From an uncultured virus (IMG/VR IMGVR_UViG_3300030333_007861) (lineage: Duplodnaviria; Heunggongvirae; Uroviricota; Caudoviricetes): 64,000 nucleotides of DNA. The position numbers were made by a program, and so were the translations under genes. The notes beneath the pieces are model-generated. The model was not told the DNA's origin, did not search any database, and saw only the letters and a list, made by a program, of their open reading frames with translations. The stretch lies in the IMG/VR virus record IMGVR_UViG_3300030333_007861; one strand, given 5' to 3'. This document shows positions 52,001 to 60,175 of this stretch, piece after piece (the first letter of the stretch is position 1; each line of letters starts with the position of its first letter).

Positions 52001-53307
52001 GAACATCCATTGCTGGTGGTGGAGGTGCTTCTGCGCTCAACGACCTTTCTGATGTATCTTACTCAAGTGGCGATTTGACTATCAGCAGCCTTGATACAGT
52101 CACATTTGCTAATGGTGGAGATGCAGCATTAAAGGTTGCAGCAACAAGTTCTGGGACCGATGGTAGAGATTTAACAATAGAAGCAGGTTCAGCACCAACG
52201 GGTTCAGCGAACCAAAGCGGTGGAGATTTAATCCTAAAAGCAGGCGGTGGTGATGGTACTGGAACGTCTATAATGACGTTCAATACCAAAGTAAGTGGAA
52301 CAGATGCTGTAGCAGAAAGAATGAGAATTCATACAAACGGCTTTGTTGGTATTGCTGAAAACGCCCCCGATGCTCCACTACACGTTAAATATTCATCAAC
52401 AAGTGATGCAGACCCGGCATTAATATTAGAAAGCACAGCCACAAGTGGAGTAAATTCTCCTGATATCAAACTCTACAGAAATAGTTCAAGTCCCGCAGAT
52501 AATGATTACTTGGGGAATTTGATTTTCACTGGTAATAATTTACATGCGAGCGACGGCTCAGTAGTAGATACAGATATTGAATACGCCCGTATAGAGAGTA
52601 GGATTTATGATGTCACAGATGGTACTGAAGATGGCGCTCTTATATTTTCAACTAAAGTTGCTGGCTCAAATAGTAGTACAATGTACATCAAAGATGGAAG
52701 GGTAGGTATAGGAACTGAAGTACCTGATGGTGAACTTCATATTTCAGGCGCAGGCCATCAACTTCTGACTATTGAGAGAGAAGCCAATAATAACGGCTAT
52801 GGTACAGGAATACATTTCCAATTGGGCGATTCTGCCTCGTCTACTGCTGGGCACGATTATGCTGCAATATATGGTGGTATAGAAGATAATACAAATGGTA
52901 GTGAAGATGGTCAACTTGTTTTCCAAACTTCTACTAATGGAACAAATACCACTAAGATGTTCATTAATTCAGTTGGTAATGTGGGAATTGGTACAGATGC
53001 TCCCAATCAACCACTTACAATTGAAGGCACAATGAGTATGAAAGAGCAAGCAAATGCGAATGCAGATGTCGCTGCTTATGGTCAATTGTGGATTAAGAGT
53101 GATACTCCCAACGGCCTGATGTTCACAGACGATGCTGGTAATGATGTAGCCATTGCTGCTGGTGCTAAACTCATGTCAGGTACTGGTCTCTATACAGATA
53201 GTAGTAGCGGGGGTTATTGGACTGGTCCGGGTGTCCCAACTACTGTTGATGATGCGATAAATCGTATTGCGGCAGTCGTCGTGGCTCAACATGGTCAAAT
53301 TGGTTGA
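49090..53307 (+). CDS. Tail fibre / receptor-binding protein
   Basis: 1405 aa; repeated G.VGIGT..P...L.(V/I) beta-helix units; acidic T/D/G-rich. Confidence 0.8.
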   Translation: MTDPLSGHTAAQNTLGADGLRDGDALSSPTMTNLLQGVHGNGILRLEDTVLGSTRNAVNSQPGAVSRASAYTLTIQGGYVVLDGQIYEFANGPGNTVTMTIGNSSHGSGTALAASGEQSLYTIYVGSQGGQSRTYHAGGAAVATGQGLYPSLPSQYLVDYDTGTSQVNAQVVVLATVRCEYKSSGGGNHKVDVIEINDKRTFIRNNPLYMTPLTSGALTTDDGGVTSQVRRNATDGVQSAADLRALMASSETGDIGTVTASGSATLLDVSALWSSTGKSGTSLGFGPGDGLDRAGNRMGDELFYAGQENSATGTVSRRLFGMGVSAPSSAISSDASYTITSYGDAFYMLSPNAGVTVTLNPEKSGSNYLFPEGHIVEVCNDGDGTIEFDDYGTASATITVDNTGAPPPGVQYIGQGDTIQLISTAGTTVTLTMGGQADSTTSATTSGTTLDAKTLASGSYATSALHATAQAVEIATAINHHTEFTATNSSNVITVTQVNPGSSGNTTITITEIGATGFSKTNFTGGGGMGELVTAGKRATFIYEGSVWVRCDYQAAISALMTSFQLEDGDGTEVTINDGKEVKFVEGGGVDINWTDTSDGSDSDPYDMTFTLDVHGLTEEAIASGDYIAFSDEGTTDDPTRRESIDDIATLFAGAGLTASSAVMAVGAGNLIDVQANQVDVDLSEAAAAVMAEADEFVFLDNDDSSAAKRESLSDLLDTIAGTVGTTGLDRSGATLVVSDLHPVGVSGAANQLLTDDGDGTVTSEANLTFDGSNLHVTTSVSNSASVIFENTHTDTNAGPILQLFRNPSDDAVTSGDLIGRVEFKGHFFDGADYDQTKIWAAINAEIEHYQGDGSVRFDVLRNGTETTYLKVNGNTQDIIFNEGATSDFDFRVEGNSDPNLLFTDGTADAVGIGTDAPNQKLTVEGTISLKEQADANADTAAYGQIWVNTATPNELYFTTDAGDDIQLTSGTSIAGGGGASALNDLSDVSYSSGDLTISSLDTVTFANGGDAALKVAATSSGTDGRDLTIEAGSAPTGSANQSGGDLILKAGGGDGTGTSIMTFNTKVSGTDAVAERMRIHTNGFVGIAENAPDAPLHVKYSSTSDADPALILESTATSGVNSPDIKLYRNSSSPADNDYLGNLIFTGNNLHASDGSVVDTDIEYARIESRIYDVTDGTEDGALIFSTKVAGSNSSTMYIKDGRVGIGTEVPDGELHISGAGHQLLTIEREANNNGYGTGIHFQLGDSASSTAGHDYAAIYGGIEDNTNGSEDGQLVFQTSTNGTNTTKMFINSVGNVGIGTDAPNQPLTIEGTMSMKEQANANADVAAYGQLWIKSDTPNGLMFTDDAGNDVAIAAGAKLMSGTGLYTDSSSGGYWTGPGVPTTVDDAINRIAAVVVAQHGQIG

Positions 53308-53319
53308 TGGAGAAGTAAC

Positions 53320-53448
53320 ATGAGCGATATACGTGCTATTCTCGCTTTCATGTTCTTCTTCTTACCTTTGGTTATGATGTTCTTTTACTTCTATCTTGCA
53401 CGCAAATTCGATAGGATTATTGAAGAAGCATATCGTGAGGGAAATTGA
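53320..53448 (+). CDS. 42-aa single-TM membrane protein
   Basis: Hand-translated MSDIRAILAFMFFFLPLVMMFFYFYLARK...; GGAG RBS; TGATG-coupled to the next gene. Confidence 0.65.
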   Translation: MSDIRAILAFMFFFLPLVMMFFYFYLARKFDRIIEEAYREGN

Positions 53449-53615
53449 TGGAGTTCCTTCAAGTTCTGGTGATAGTTGCTTTAGTGTTGTTTGCGTTATA
53501 CGTGGCTCTAATGCGGCATATTGAGCGATGGTTAGACAATGTTTTCCAGAATGTAGGCCTTTCTAAAGGCGAGATTCAAGACATGGCTTGGACCCGTCTC
53601 CACAATAAGAAGTGA
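53448..53615 (+). CDS. 55-aa single-TM membrane protein
   Basis: Hand-translated MEFLQVLVIVALVLFALYVALMRH... Confidence 0.65.
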   Translation: MEFLQVLVIVALVLFALYVALMRHIERWLDNVFQNVGLSKGEIQDMAWTRLHNKK

Positions 53616-53619
53616 GGAT

Positions 53620-53829
53620 ATGGGTGAAATCCTCGACCGACTCAAGCAACACTGCCCTTCTTGTGAAGAGCGAGTGCTTGCGCGCCGTATCGAGGGACGA
53701 TATGTAAATGAGAGAAATACACGTATTCTCATTTGGGAATGTATTGATTGTGGAACATTGTGGCAAAAAACGCGTAGGAAGATTGAGAAAGAGAAGCCTC
53801 TTGCGGCTAATGAAGCGTGGGGATTATGA
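53620..53829 (+). CDS. Zn-ribbon protein
   Basis: CPSC...WECIDCG.LW. Confidence 0.75.
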   Translation: MGEILDRLKQHCPSCEERVLARRIEGRYVNERNTRILIWECIDCGTLWQKTRRKIEKEKPLAANEAWGL

Positions 53830-53960
53830 AAGGCAAATCGAAGAAGACCGGAGTGGTAATGGTCATCTCAGTAGGTGGTAAGCCCCCGAAGAAGCCTGAG
53901 AAAACTGCGGACACGAAGAAAGGCGAGGCTATGAATATCGCCTTCAATGTACTGAAGTGA
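53826..53960 (+). CDS. 44-aa Lys-rich protein ending in the tag-like EAMNIAFNVLK
   Basis: Hand-translated; ATGA overlap with the previous gene. Confidence 0.65.
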   Translation: MKGKSKKTGVVMVISVGGKPPKKPEKTADTKKGEAMNIAFNVLK

Positions 53961-53964
53961 GTAC

Positions 53965-54108
53965 ATGTCTTCTCGTAGAAAAGTCCTTGTGAAAGCCTAC
54001 GGTGATAGGTGTGCTTATTGTAATAGATATGAGGGTGATAGTAGAGGGTGTGGCATGCATAAGAATATGTCAGTGAATTCTTCTTGCCCTATGTGGAATA
54101 AAGTGTGA
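53965..54108 (+). CDS. 47-aa Cys-rich protein (VLVKA...CAYC..C..H...C)
   Basis: Hand-translated ORF. Confidence 0.6.
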   Translation: MSSRRKVLVKAYGDRCAYCNRYEGDSRGCGMHKNMSVNSSCPMWNKV

Positions 54109-54307
54109 GTGTGGCATTATCGAGGCAATTATTCCACAATATTATCAATAAACTTGTATTCTTAACATTCAATAATAAGAAAGCCTTGCGCCTAATTGTG
54201 GAAGACGTCCCTGACGAGGTTCTCAAAGTAGTCGCACCGCATGAAATCACTGTGCAGGTGCTTGCTTAGACCCCAAGTTTCATTTTCTATTTGCGCCTCG
54301 CTATAGT

Positions 54308-54496
54308 GTGAGCGCGCGCCATAGCCCTGTGGACCTCGCCCTTCTATTCCTCAAAGGGTTCCCTGCAAAATTTGCAGGTAATTGTTCTAAGTGCAAGCAG
54401 TGGTTCCCTGTTGGTACAGACATAGTGCCTGACGGTAAAGGTGGGTTCAAGCACGCCGGATGTCGCGTCCGAACTGAATTTGGGGAGGTCTGGTAA
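54308..54496 (+). CDS. Small Zn-finger protein with PVDLALLFLK tag
   Basis: CSKC...HAGC; TAATG-coupled to the next gene. Confidence 0.65.
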   Translation: MSARHSPVDLALLFLKGFPAKFAGNCSKCKQWFPVGTDIVPDGKGGFKHAGCRVRTEFGEVW

Positions 54497-54813
54497 TGCT
54501 CCCAATGAACCTCGCTTGGCGGTTGCTCAAGGAGAAGAAGCCTGACCCACGCCTGAAAGCAGCAGGAGTGAGTGGGTATAACAAACCGAAGCGCACGCCA
54601 AAACATCCAAAGAAATCACATGTGGTTGTAGCAAGGTCAGGTGGTAAGGTCAAAACAATTCGATTCGGTGAACAGGGTGCAGATACTGTAACTGAGGATA
54701 AACCAAAAGGTAAGCGAGCAAAGAAGCGAGCGTCATTCAAAGCACGTCATGCTAAGAATATTAAACGTGGCCCCATGAGTGCTGCGTATTGGGCGGATAA
54801 GGTGAAGTGGTAA
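54496..54813 (+). CDS. Basic protein with PMNLAWRLLK tag (resembles DUF5754-type small viral proteins)
   Basis: KTIRFGEQGA...SFKARH...SAAYWA...W pattern; family assignment from memory only. Confidence 0.7.
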   Translation: MLPMNLAWRLLKEKKPDPRLKAAGVSGYNKPKRTPKHPKKSHVVVARSGGKVKTIRFGEQGADTVTEDKPKGKRAKKRASFKARHAKNIKRGPMSAAYWADKVKW

Positions 54814-55184
54814 TCATGAACCCAATGGACCTCTCTTGGCGGTTGCTCAAAAAACAATATGTGCCTGAATGGCATCTCAAGCAACGATTCCCTAAAGGGA
54901 AACCTATTACGGAGGTGAAGCCATGGAAGAGAATGCCTCGCCCCCCGAAGGCGAGAACAACACACGGCTTTCAAGGTGAACCTATACCTACAAATGAAGA
55001 AATACTCGATAACCCACCTGTTGCTGTCCCTGATGTAACTGAACATACTGATGAGGAATGGCGGAAGAAGATTCGGATGAGAATGGCGGATGACGAGAAT
55101 GCAGAAGTCGTTCCCGAGTTTAGCCCTGAATTTCAAAGGTTCTGGACAGGCGAACCAATGGACCTCTCTTGGCGGTTGCTCAAA
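54501..55184 (+). repeat. Three ~30-bp direct repeats ccaatggacctctcttggcggttgctcaa (54501, 54821, 55154), plus a degenerate copy at ~54325
   Basis: Copies 2 and 3 are identical over 30 bp; copy 1 has 2 mismatches. Confidence 0.95.
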
Positions 55185-55520
55185 GACCGCCAGTCCCCTG
55201 AAGCGTTTAGACACAAGAAAGAGTATGATACTCAGTATGAATCCAGCCCGTCCCGTCATAAATATCGCGCAGAGTTAGCCAGAGAGCGCCGAAAGAAAGG
55301 GGTCATGGGACACGGTGGTGCTGACATGAGTCACACACGGCAGCACACCATAGTCCCAGAGGACCCTCATTCTAACCGCGCTCGTCACTTCAAAGAGCGT
55401 GGCACTCTAAAGGCAGAGGAGCCGATTGAGCGCGAAACTCTTAGAGAAGTGAAGGCACTTCGACGCGATGTCAAGAAGGTCATTCCTCCTCGTCATACTC
55501 CCCAGAAGAAAGATTCGTGA
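54816..55520 (+). CDS. Tagged polyprotein-like ORF with two PMDLSWRLLK tags; second module basic with an HNH-like DMSH...NRAR segment
   Basis: ORF 54807-55520 in the track; ATG 54816 preferred. Confidence 0.7.
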   Translation: MNPMDLSWRLLKKQYVPEWHLKQRFPKGKPITEVKPWKRMPRPPKARTTHGFQGEPIPTNEEILDNPPVAVPDVTEHTDEEWRKKIRMRMADDENAEVVPEFSPEFQRFWTGEPMDLSWRLLKDRQSPEAFRHKKEYDTQYESSPSRHKYRAELARERRKKGVMGHGGADMSHTRQHTIVPEDPHSNRARHFKERGTLKAEEPIERETLREVKALRRDVKKVIPPRHTPQKKDS

Positions 55521-55595
55521 ACCACGAAGTGAAGAACTGAAGACTCCATAATCCAACATCGAGTATGACAAGGAAGACGACTACATCCCATACAC

Positions 55596-57098
55596 TCATT
55601 GTCCCTTCCTCGCAATGATATCATCAATGCGTAGAACAGCCGTAGCAACCTCTGTGGCTGATGTAATGACCTGCTTTACGAGTTCACGAGGCTCCCAGAT
55701 TGCACGCTCGCCAGTATCACATACAGAACCTATTCCATTATCATCGATGTAGAGCCCGTAACTATCTGGGCATGAACGAAGTTCCATCACTACATCAAGT
55801 GGGTCCATACCTGCATTAGCAGCAATGGCGGCAGGGATAATTTCCAGTGAATCAGCATAGGCCTCCAAGCACATTCGCTCCCGGGCACTAAGACCGCTTT
55901 CACCAGTGGCGTAATTCCTCACACCTATGGCAGATTTCGATAGAGAGGCTCCCCCGCCCGGCAGCGCTGCCATATTATTGTGATATAAGGCAGTGACACC
56001 AATGGCGTCATCAAAAGCGCGCTCATATTCATCAAGAGTCTGTCGTGTTGCTCCTCTCACAACCAGTGTGACTACAGTTGATGATGGTACACTCACAGTG
56101 ACATAATCGAGGTCACCAATACGTTGGCTATCCACCACTGACTTATGTTCGGTGTTCTGGTATGCATCTGTGACATCAATAAGCCGGTGATATACTGGAT
56201 GGCCGGTAATGTGAGAGAGTGCAGTCATATCTGAATCTTGCAGTCTTGATACTACAGCAATTTTCTGAGATGATAGATATTTAACAATGGCTTCATGGAC
56301 ACCGTCTCTGACAAACAGAATGCCGACTCCAAGGTCCACGATACGTTGTGCTGCCGCACTTAGCATGGTCAATTCTTGTTGTTGTATGGCTTGTATTTGA
56401 GTAGGGTCAGTGAATTGCATCTGCACATCTTGCATATTGAATCCATCCAAGCCACCATCAAGCATCAGAATACGGCCCTCAGTATCATGTTCCACATCAG
56501 TCGAGAATCCTTTACTTAATACCAGACCACTATGGATGTAAGAATCATCTATGGAACCACCAGACTGTGAAAGGACACGGATGTTGTCAAGGTCCCCCCT
56601 CACAGAATAAACAACTTCTTGACACAAAGATGACGCCTTTTCCAAATGGCTTTCGGCAGCCTTACCTCTCAGTGCTGTTCTCGCCACATCATGAGGGTCT
56701 ATCTCAGAGTCCCCTTCAGGTAAATTATCTAAGGCGATTGCACACGCCTCATTGAAAGCACGCACAATGGTTCTGGGATGAATCCCCCTCATCAGTAACC
56801 CTTCACTAAGAGCCAACAACTGCCCTGCAAGAACCACTACACTTGTCGTGCCGTCTTTACATTCCGCTTCTTGCGTCTTACTTGCTTCAACCATCATTTT
56901 CGCGCCGGGATGTACAGCATCTAATTCTCGCAGAATAGTGACACCATCATTTGTGATAATGGTGTCCCCTGTTTCATTCACGAGACATTTATCCATTCCC
57001 GCAGGTCCTAATGTAGACCTCACTGTTTCAGCGACATTCACCGCTGCTCGTATGTTACTCAATTGGGCTTCTCTTCCAGTTTTTCTTTCTTCTGTCAT
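55596..57098 (-). CDS. ths: Thermosome (group II chaperonin) subunit
   Basis: STLGPAGMDK, ITNDGVTIL, DGTTS, VRGAT, PGGGA, VLRIDD motifs; ATG 57098 follows GGAGG. Confidence 0.95.
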   Translation of the reverse strand: MTEERKTGREAQLSNIRAAVNVAETVRSTLGPAGMDKCLVNETGDTIITNDGVTILRELDAVHPGAKMMVEASKTQEAECKDGTTSVVVLAGQLLALSEGLLMRGIHPRTIVRAFNEACAIALDNLPEGDSEIDPHDVARTALRGKAAESHLEKASSLCQEVVYSVRGDLDNIRVLSQSGGSIDDSYIHSGLVLSKGFSTDVEHDTEGRILMLDGGLDGFNMQDVQMQFTDPTQIQAIQQQELTMLSAAAQRIVDLGVGILFVRDGVHEAIVKYLSSQKIAVVSRLQDSDMTALSHITGHPVYHRLIDVTDAYQNTEHKSVVDSQRIGDLDYVTVSVPSSTVVTLVVRGATRQTLDEYERAFDDAIGVTALYHNNMAALPGGGASLSKSAIGVRNYATGESGLSARERMCLEAYADSLEIIPAAIAANAGMDPLDVVMELRSCPDSYGLYIDDNGIGSVCDTGERAIWEPRELVKQVITSATEVATAVLRIDDIIARKGQ

Positions 57099-57112
57099 TT
57101 TTTTTCCTCCAT

Positions 57113-57736
57113 TTACCAAAGTACCTCGATATCATCGATGATGCCAGTGGATATGTTACGTGACTTTATCATACCATGTTCTCTACCATGGTTGAATAGT
57201 TCAAGATTCATCTTACAATCTTCAAGACAATATTTGGCTACCTCAGCATGCCTTCCTTCTCTCCACGCGACAGGCGCATCGGCGGAGCCCATGGACTCCT
57301 TACCTTCACCCAGAGTCGCTTTACATACATCATCCAAGGGCACACCGTATCCTGTCAATTGACGAAGTACTCTCGCTGTGTCAATCAGGAGTTCCTTCGA
57401 TTTACCCAAAAGGACACCTGCATAATGGCAGTCTAATGCATCGCGCAAAATAGGGAGGTCGAAACCACAGATGTTGTGACCTATGATTTTCCCGCCTTTC
57501 TTTATGTGATTCTCAAGATGTTCTCCGAGAACTTTAGGATGTAATGGGTGCCATGTACTATCAGTGATATCTATCTCCTGTTTAGAGAAAAGATGCCCTT
57601 CCTCACCATCCCAAGTAGCCACGATGACCGGGTCGAAAAGATGGGTCTTGTCCCATCCACCTATTTCATAAGAGAAATTCGATGTCTCAATATCTAATAC
57701 CATGATGTCACTCAATTCGTACCCTCCTGAACCCAC
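57113..57736 (-). CDS. RNase H-like DEDD 3'-5' exonuclease (start probably near 57715)
   Basis: VLDIET, GHNICGFDLPIL, YCLED exo I-III motifs. Confidence 0.85.
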   Translation of the reverse strand: MGSGGYELSDIMVLDIETSNFSYEIGGWDKTHLFDPVIVATWDGEEGHLFSKQEIDITDSTWHPLHPKVLGEHLENHIKKGGKIIGHNICGFDLPILRDALDCHYAGVLLGKSKELLIDTARVLRQLTGYGVPLDDVCKATLGEGKESMGSADAPVAWREGRHAEVAKYCLEDCKMNLELFNHGREHGMIKSRNISTGIIDDIEVLW

Positions 57737-59175
57737 CTCACGTGGGGGCGTCCGGCTACCTTCGTCTCTTTGAAGAGGTTCTTTGCCTTTCTGTAGTGAT
57801 TGTACACTACTGGCTCACTTCTATCTTGCTGTCTTGCATAGACCTTCAGAAGTTCTTTCTTCATGACCCATCCATCACCTTTGTTCTCACCAAGGTCCAC
57901 ACTCTTACAAGCGTCAACGGCCTTCCTCCAAGCATCAGCCTGTGCTATCTTCTCTGCCTTAGCCGCACCCAATTCAAGGTCGCTCTCAAGCCAGATGATG
58001 AGTCTCTCGTAGATATCATACAATATTTCCATTGACATCTCGATATGCTCACCAGTGATGACCCATGGCTCTGCAGGATTATAGTCATCATCTTCGCGCT
58101 CATTCAATTTCTCAACGATGAGAAGATGAGTAGCCATGATATTGAGATAGTTCTCGATATTGGGCATGAAGGAGAGAACCACGTCTCCTAACTTGTTATC
58201 CATGCCAGCAACGAGATGGTAGAATTCCTCAACAGCCGCTTCTACAGTAGGGTCGAAGTCGCGAGATTTGTTGAAAAGGTAAAGAGCGGATTCTCGCACA
58301 AGACGTTCCCTTTCTTCACGCTCTTCTTTGATATCCTCATCGAACTCTGACCACATTGTCGCATTCAAAGTAGGTGAGCAAGCAAAGAGATGTTCCCTCA
58401 CCATTGATTCAACACTGATGAAATGTTCAGCGAGTTCTTCTGTTGTAGATACGCCTTGCATAGTGTCTTGCCATAGTCCTCTCATACGACGCTTGGAAGT
58501 CTCCATTCTCATATCGTTAGTCCAAGGGCTGTAGAATAACAGGACTCTTTGGAACAGCCCTTTAGTGAGCACATATTCTTTCACACCAGATGGTGGGAAG
58601 GTAGTTATCCAAAATGAGACGCGCGACTCAGTTTCAATCTTACCGTCTTTCATGTGCTTAGTCAATGTGTTACTGTGACTCCCTACAGGGTTCATTGCTT
58701 GCTGCAGGTATAGAATCACTTCTTGGAAGAATTGCTTCGGGTTCGGCTGTAGTAGAATGCTCCCTTCATCGAAGTTCAGAAGTTTCTTCCCATTCAGCAA
58801 GCCCGGTTGTTCTTCACTCACGTAATTCCCATCTTCGTCCTTGTATTGTTTGAAGGAACCAATCAGTCCAGCATCTGTGCCAGAAGTGAAGATGTCAGCA
58901 TCTATTCCAGCATGTCGTGCTACTTCACCAGTGAATTCCCACGCTATCGATTTTCCAGTTCGTGTTGGCTGTATCCAGAACACATGTACCCGAGGGTCGA
59001 GATATGAAGCCCAAACAGGGATTCTCACATAATCAACCAACATCTGTCCTTGTAGATAGAAGAACGAAAGAAGACCTGCCATCTCGTTAAAGAATGACGT
59101 CTGTCTAAATCGCTCAACATATTCCTTCAATATCGGGTATCGTTCCATTGCCGTGTACTCTTTCCATTTTCTCAT
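57712..59175 (-). CDS. MCM-like AAA+ replicative helicase
   Basis: Walker A PTRTGKS, GT.AGLIG, PGLL, Walker B LNFDE, Arg finger GLFQR. Confidence 0.75.
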   Translation of the reverse strand: MRKWKEYTAMERYPILKEYVERFRQTSFFNEMAGLLSFFYLQGQMLVDYVRIPVWASYLDPRVHVFWIQPTRTGKSIAWEFTGEVARHAGIDADIFTSGTDAGLIGSFKQYKDEDGNYVSEEQPGLLNGKKLLNFDEGSILLQPNPKQFFQEVILYLQQAMNPVGSHSNTLTKHMKDGKIETESRVSFWITTFPPSGVKEYVLTKGLFQRVLLFYSPWTNDMRMETSKRRMRGLWQDTMQGVSTTEELAEHFISVESMVREHLFACSPTLNATMWSEFDEDIKEEREERERLVRESALYLFNKSRDFDPTVEAAVEEFYHLVAGMDNKLGDVVLSFMPNIENYLNIMATHLLIVEKLNEREDDDYNPAEPWVITGEHIEMSMEILYDIYERLIIWLESDLELGAAKAEKIAQADAWRKAVDACKSVDLGENKGDGWVMKKELLKVYARQQDRSEPVVYNHYRKAKNLFKETKVAGRPHVRWVQEGTN

Positions 59176-59264
59176 CTTATCACCTTTCTTACTTTCTTGC
59201 CATCTTTCTCACATAAAAGAAGTCTATGAACTTCTCGGTGACCCCAGATGGCGGAGGGTGTGGT

Positions 59265-59954
59265 TCAGCGCTCCACCCTGACCGGTTCTTCGCTGGTCAA
59301 GGCTTCGATTACTCGGTTCCGAAGAACCTTCCCCATGCGAGGCACATCACGAAGACATGTCCCGCACGCTACTTCCTCAACGGAACCACATGCGTCGAGT
59401 ATAGCATCAACCATATCAGGACCAATGCCCGGTATGGTTCGGAGAATATCGAATCTCACATCATTACTTGAGACTCTCTTAACAGCCTGCGCGCCATGAC
59501 GACTCGCAGACTTGTAGGTCTTTTCATGTAGCCCCACAAGGAAATGTGAAGCCTCCATGACATTAGGGGCTCTATACACTAAACAGCCAAAGTCGGCGAC
59601 TACGCGCGCAAGTCCTCCAGCAACTTGTTTAGTGGCTGCACTGAAAGTGGTCTTCCCACCTCTCGCTTGTAATTGTTTAATGTAAGGGCCTATTTCCCCC
59701 CACACCATAATACCAAACAGGTCAGCATTGGCATCGAGATTATCCAATTGCCTCATGAGATGTCCACTTCTTAGGGACTCAAGGAAGTCACCAACTGTCT
59801 TCGCCTCAATGTACCATTCACCACATTTGTAATCGCCTACAATCAAACGCTCTTTCTTGAATGGGATGATTGGTTTGCGATTTTGAGCCCTTCTCTCAAT
59901 GGCTTCTGGTAATGAGCCTCTTTCATTACTATCTATAATGAGAGGGTTCTTCAT
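59265..59954 (-). CDS. ERCC4/XPF-family structure-specific nuclease with HhH
   Basis: IIDSNE, L.VGDY, IEAKTVGDFLES..SG.L..QL, IPGIG HhH motif. Confidence 0.88.
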   Translation of the reverse strand: MKNPLIIDSNERGSLPEAIERRAQNRKPIIPFKKERLIVGDYKCGEWYIEAKTVGDFLESLRSGHLMRQLDNLDANADLFGIMVWGEIGPYIKQLQARGGKTTFSAATKQVAGGLARVVADFGCLVYRAPNVMEASHFLVGLHEKTYKSASRHGAQAVKRVSSNDVRFDILRTIPGIGPDMVDAILDACGSVEEVACGTCLRDVPRMGKVLRNRVIEALTSEEPVRVER

Positions 59955-60175
59955 ATCCTCACCCAGATAGTATTGTGTCTTCCTCTCTTCTTGACATTAT
60001 CCATTCGACTCAATATATGCCCAACAAAATGTGTGCTGGGAATGTAATGTTTGGTTTCTCTCTCTGTTAGAATCTCAACAATTTGTCTGGATGTGAATTC
60101 TTCACCCACCTCCATTTCAGAAACCACTTGAGAAATCATATCTCTCTTCCTACTCACTCCGTATCTCCCCATCAC
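59951..60175 (-). CDS. Small winged-helix-like DNA-binding protein
   Basis: 74 aa; FTSRQIVE..., PS...VG.IL, terminal W. Confidence 0.55.
   Translation of the reverse strand: MMGRYGVSRKRDMISQVVSEMEVGEEFTSRQIVEILTERETKHYIPSTHFVGHILSRMDNVKKRGRHNTIWVRI

Noticed and set aside
54111..54269. 52-codon GTG-start ORF in an AT-rich gap
   Set aside because: No RBS or motif; it could equally be a promoter region
54501..55184. 30-bp repeats as a CRISPR array
   Set aside because: The intervening segments are ~290-300 bp and protein-coding, the repeats are in frame, and there is no cas operon
59176..59264. Short inverted repeat (agaagt-N6-acttct) and TATA-like tract upstream of the helicase; similar weak motif at ~15510
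   Set aside because: Too short and degenerate to call a promoter or operator without comparative data
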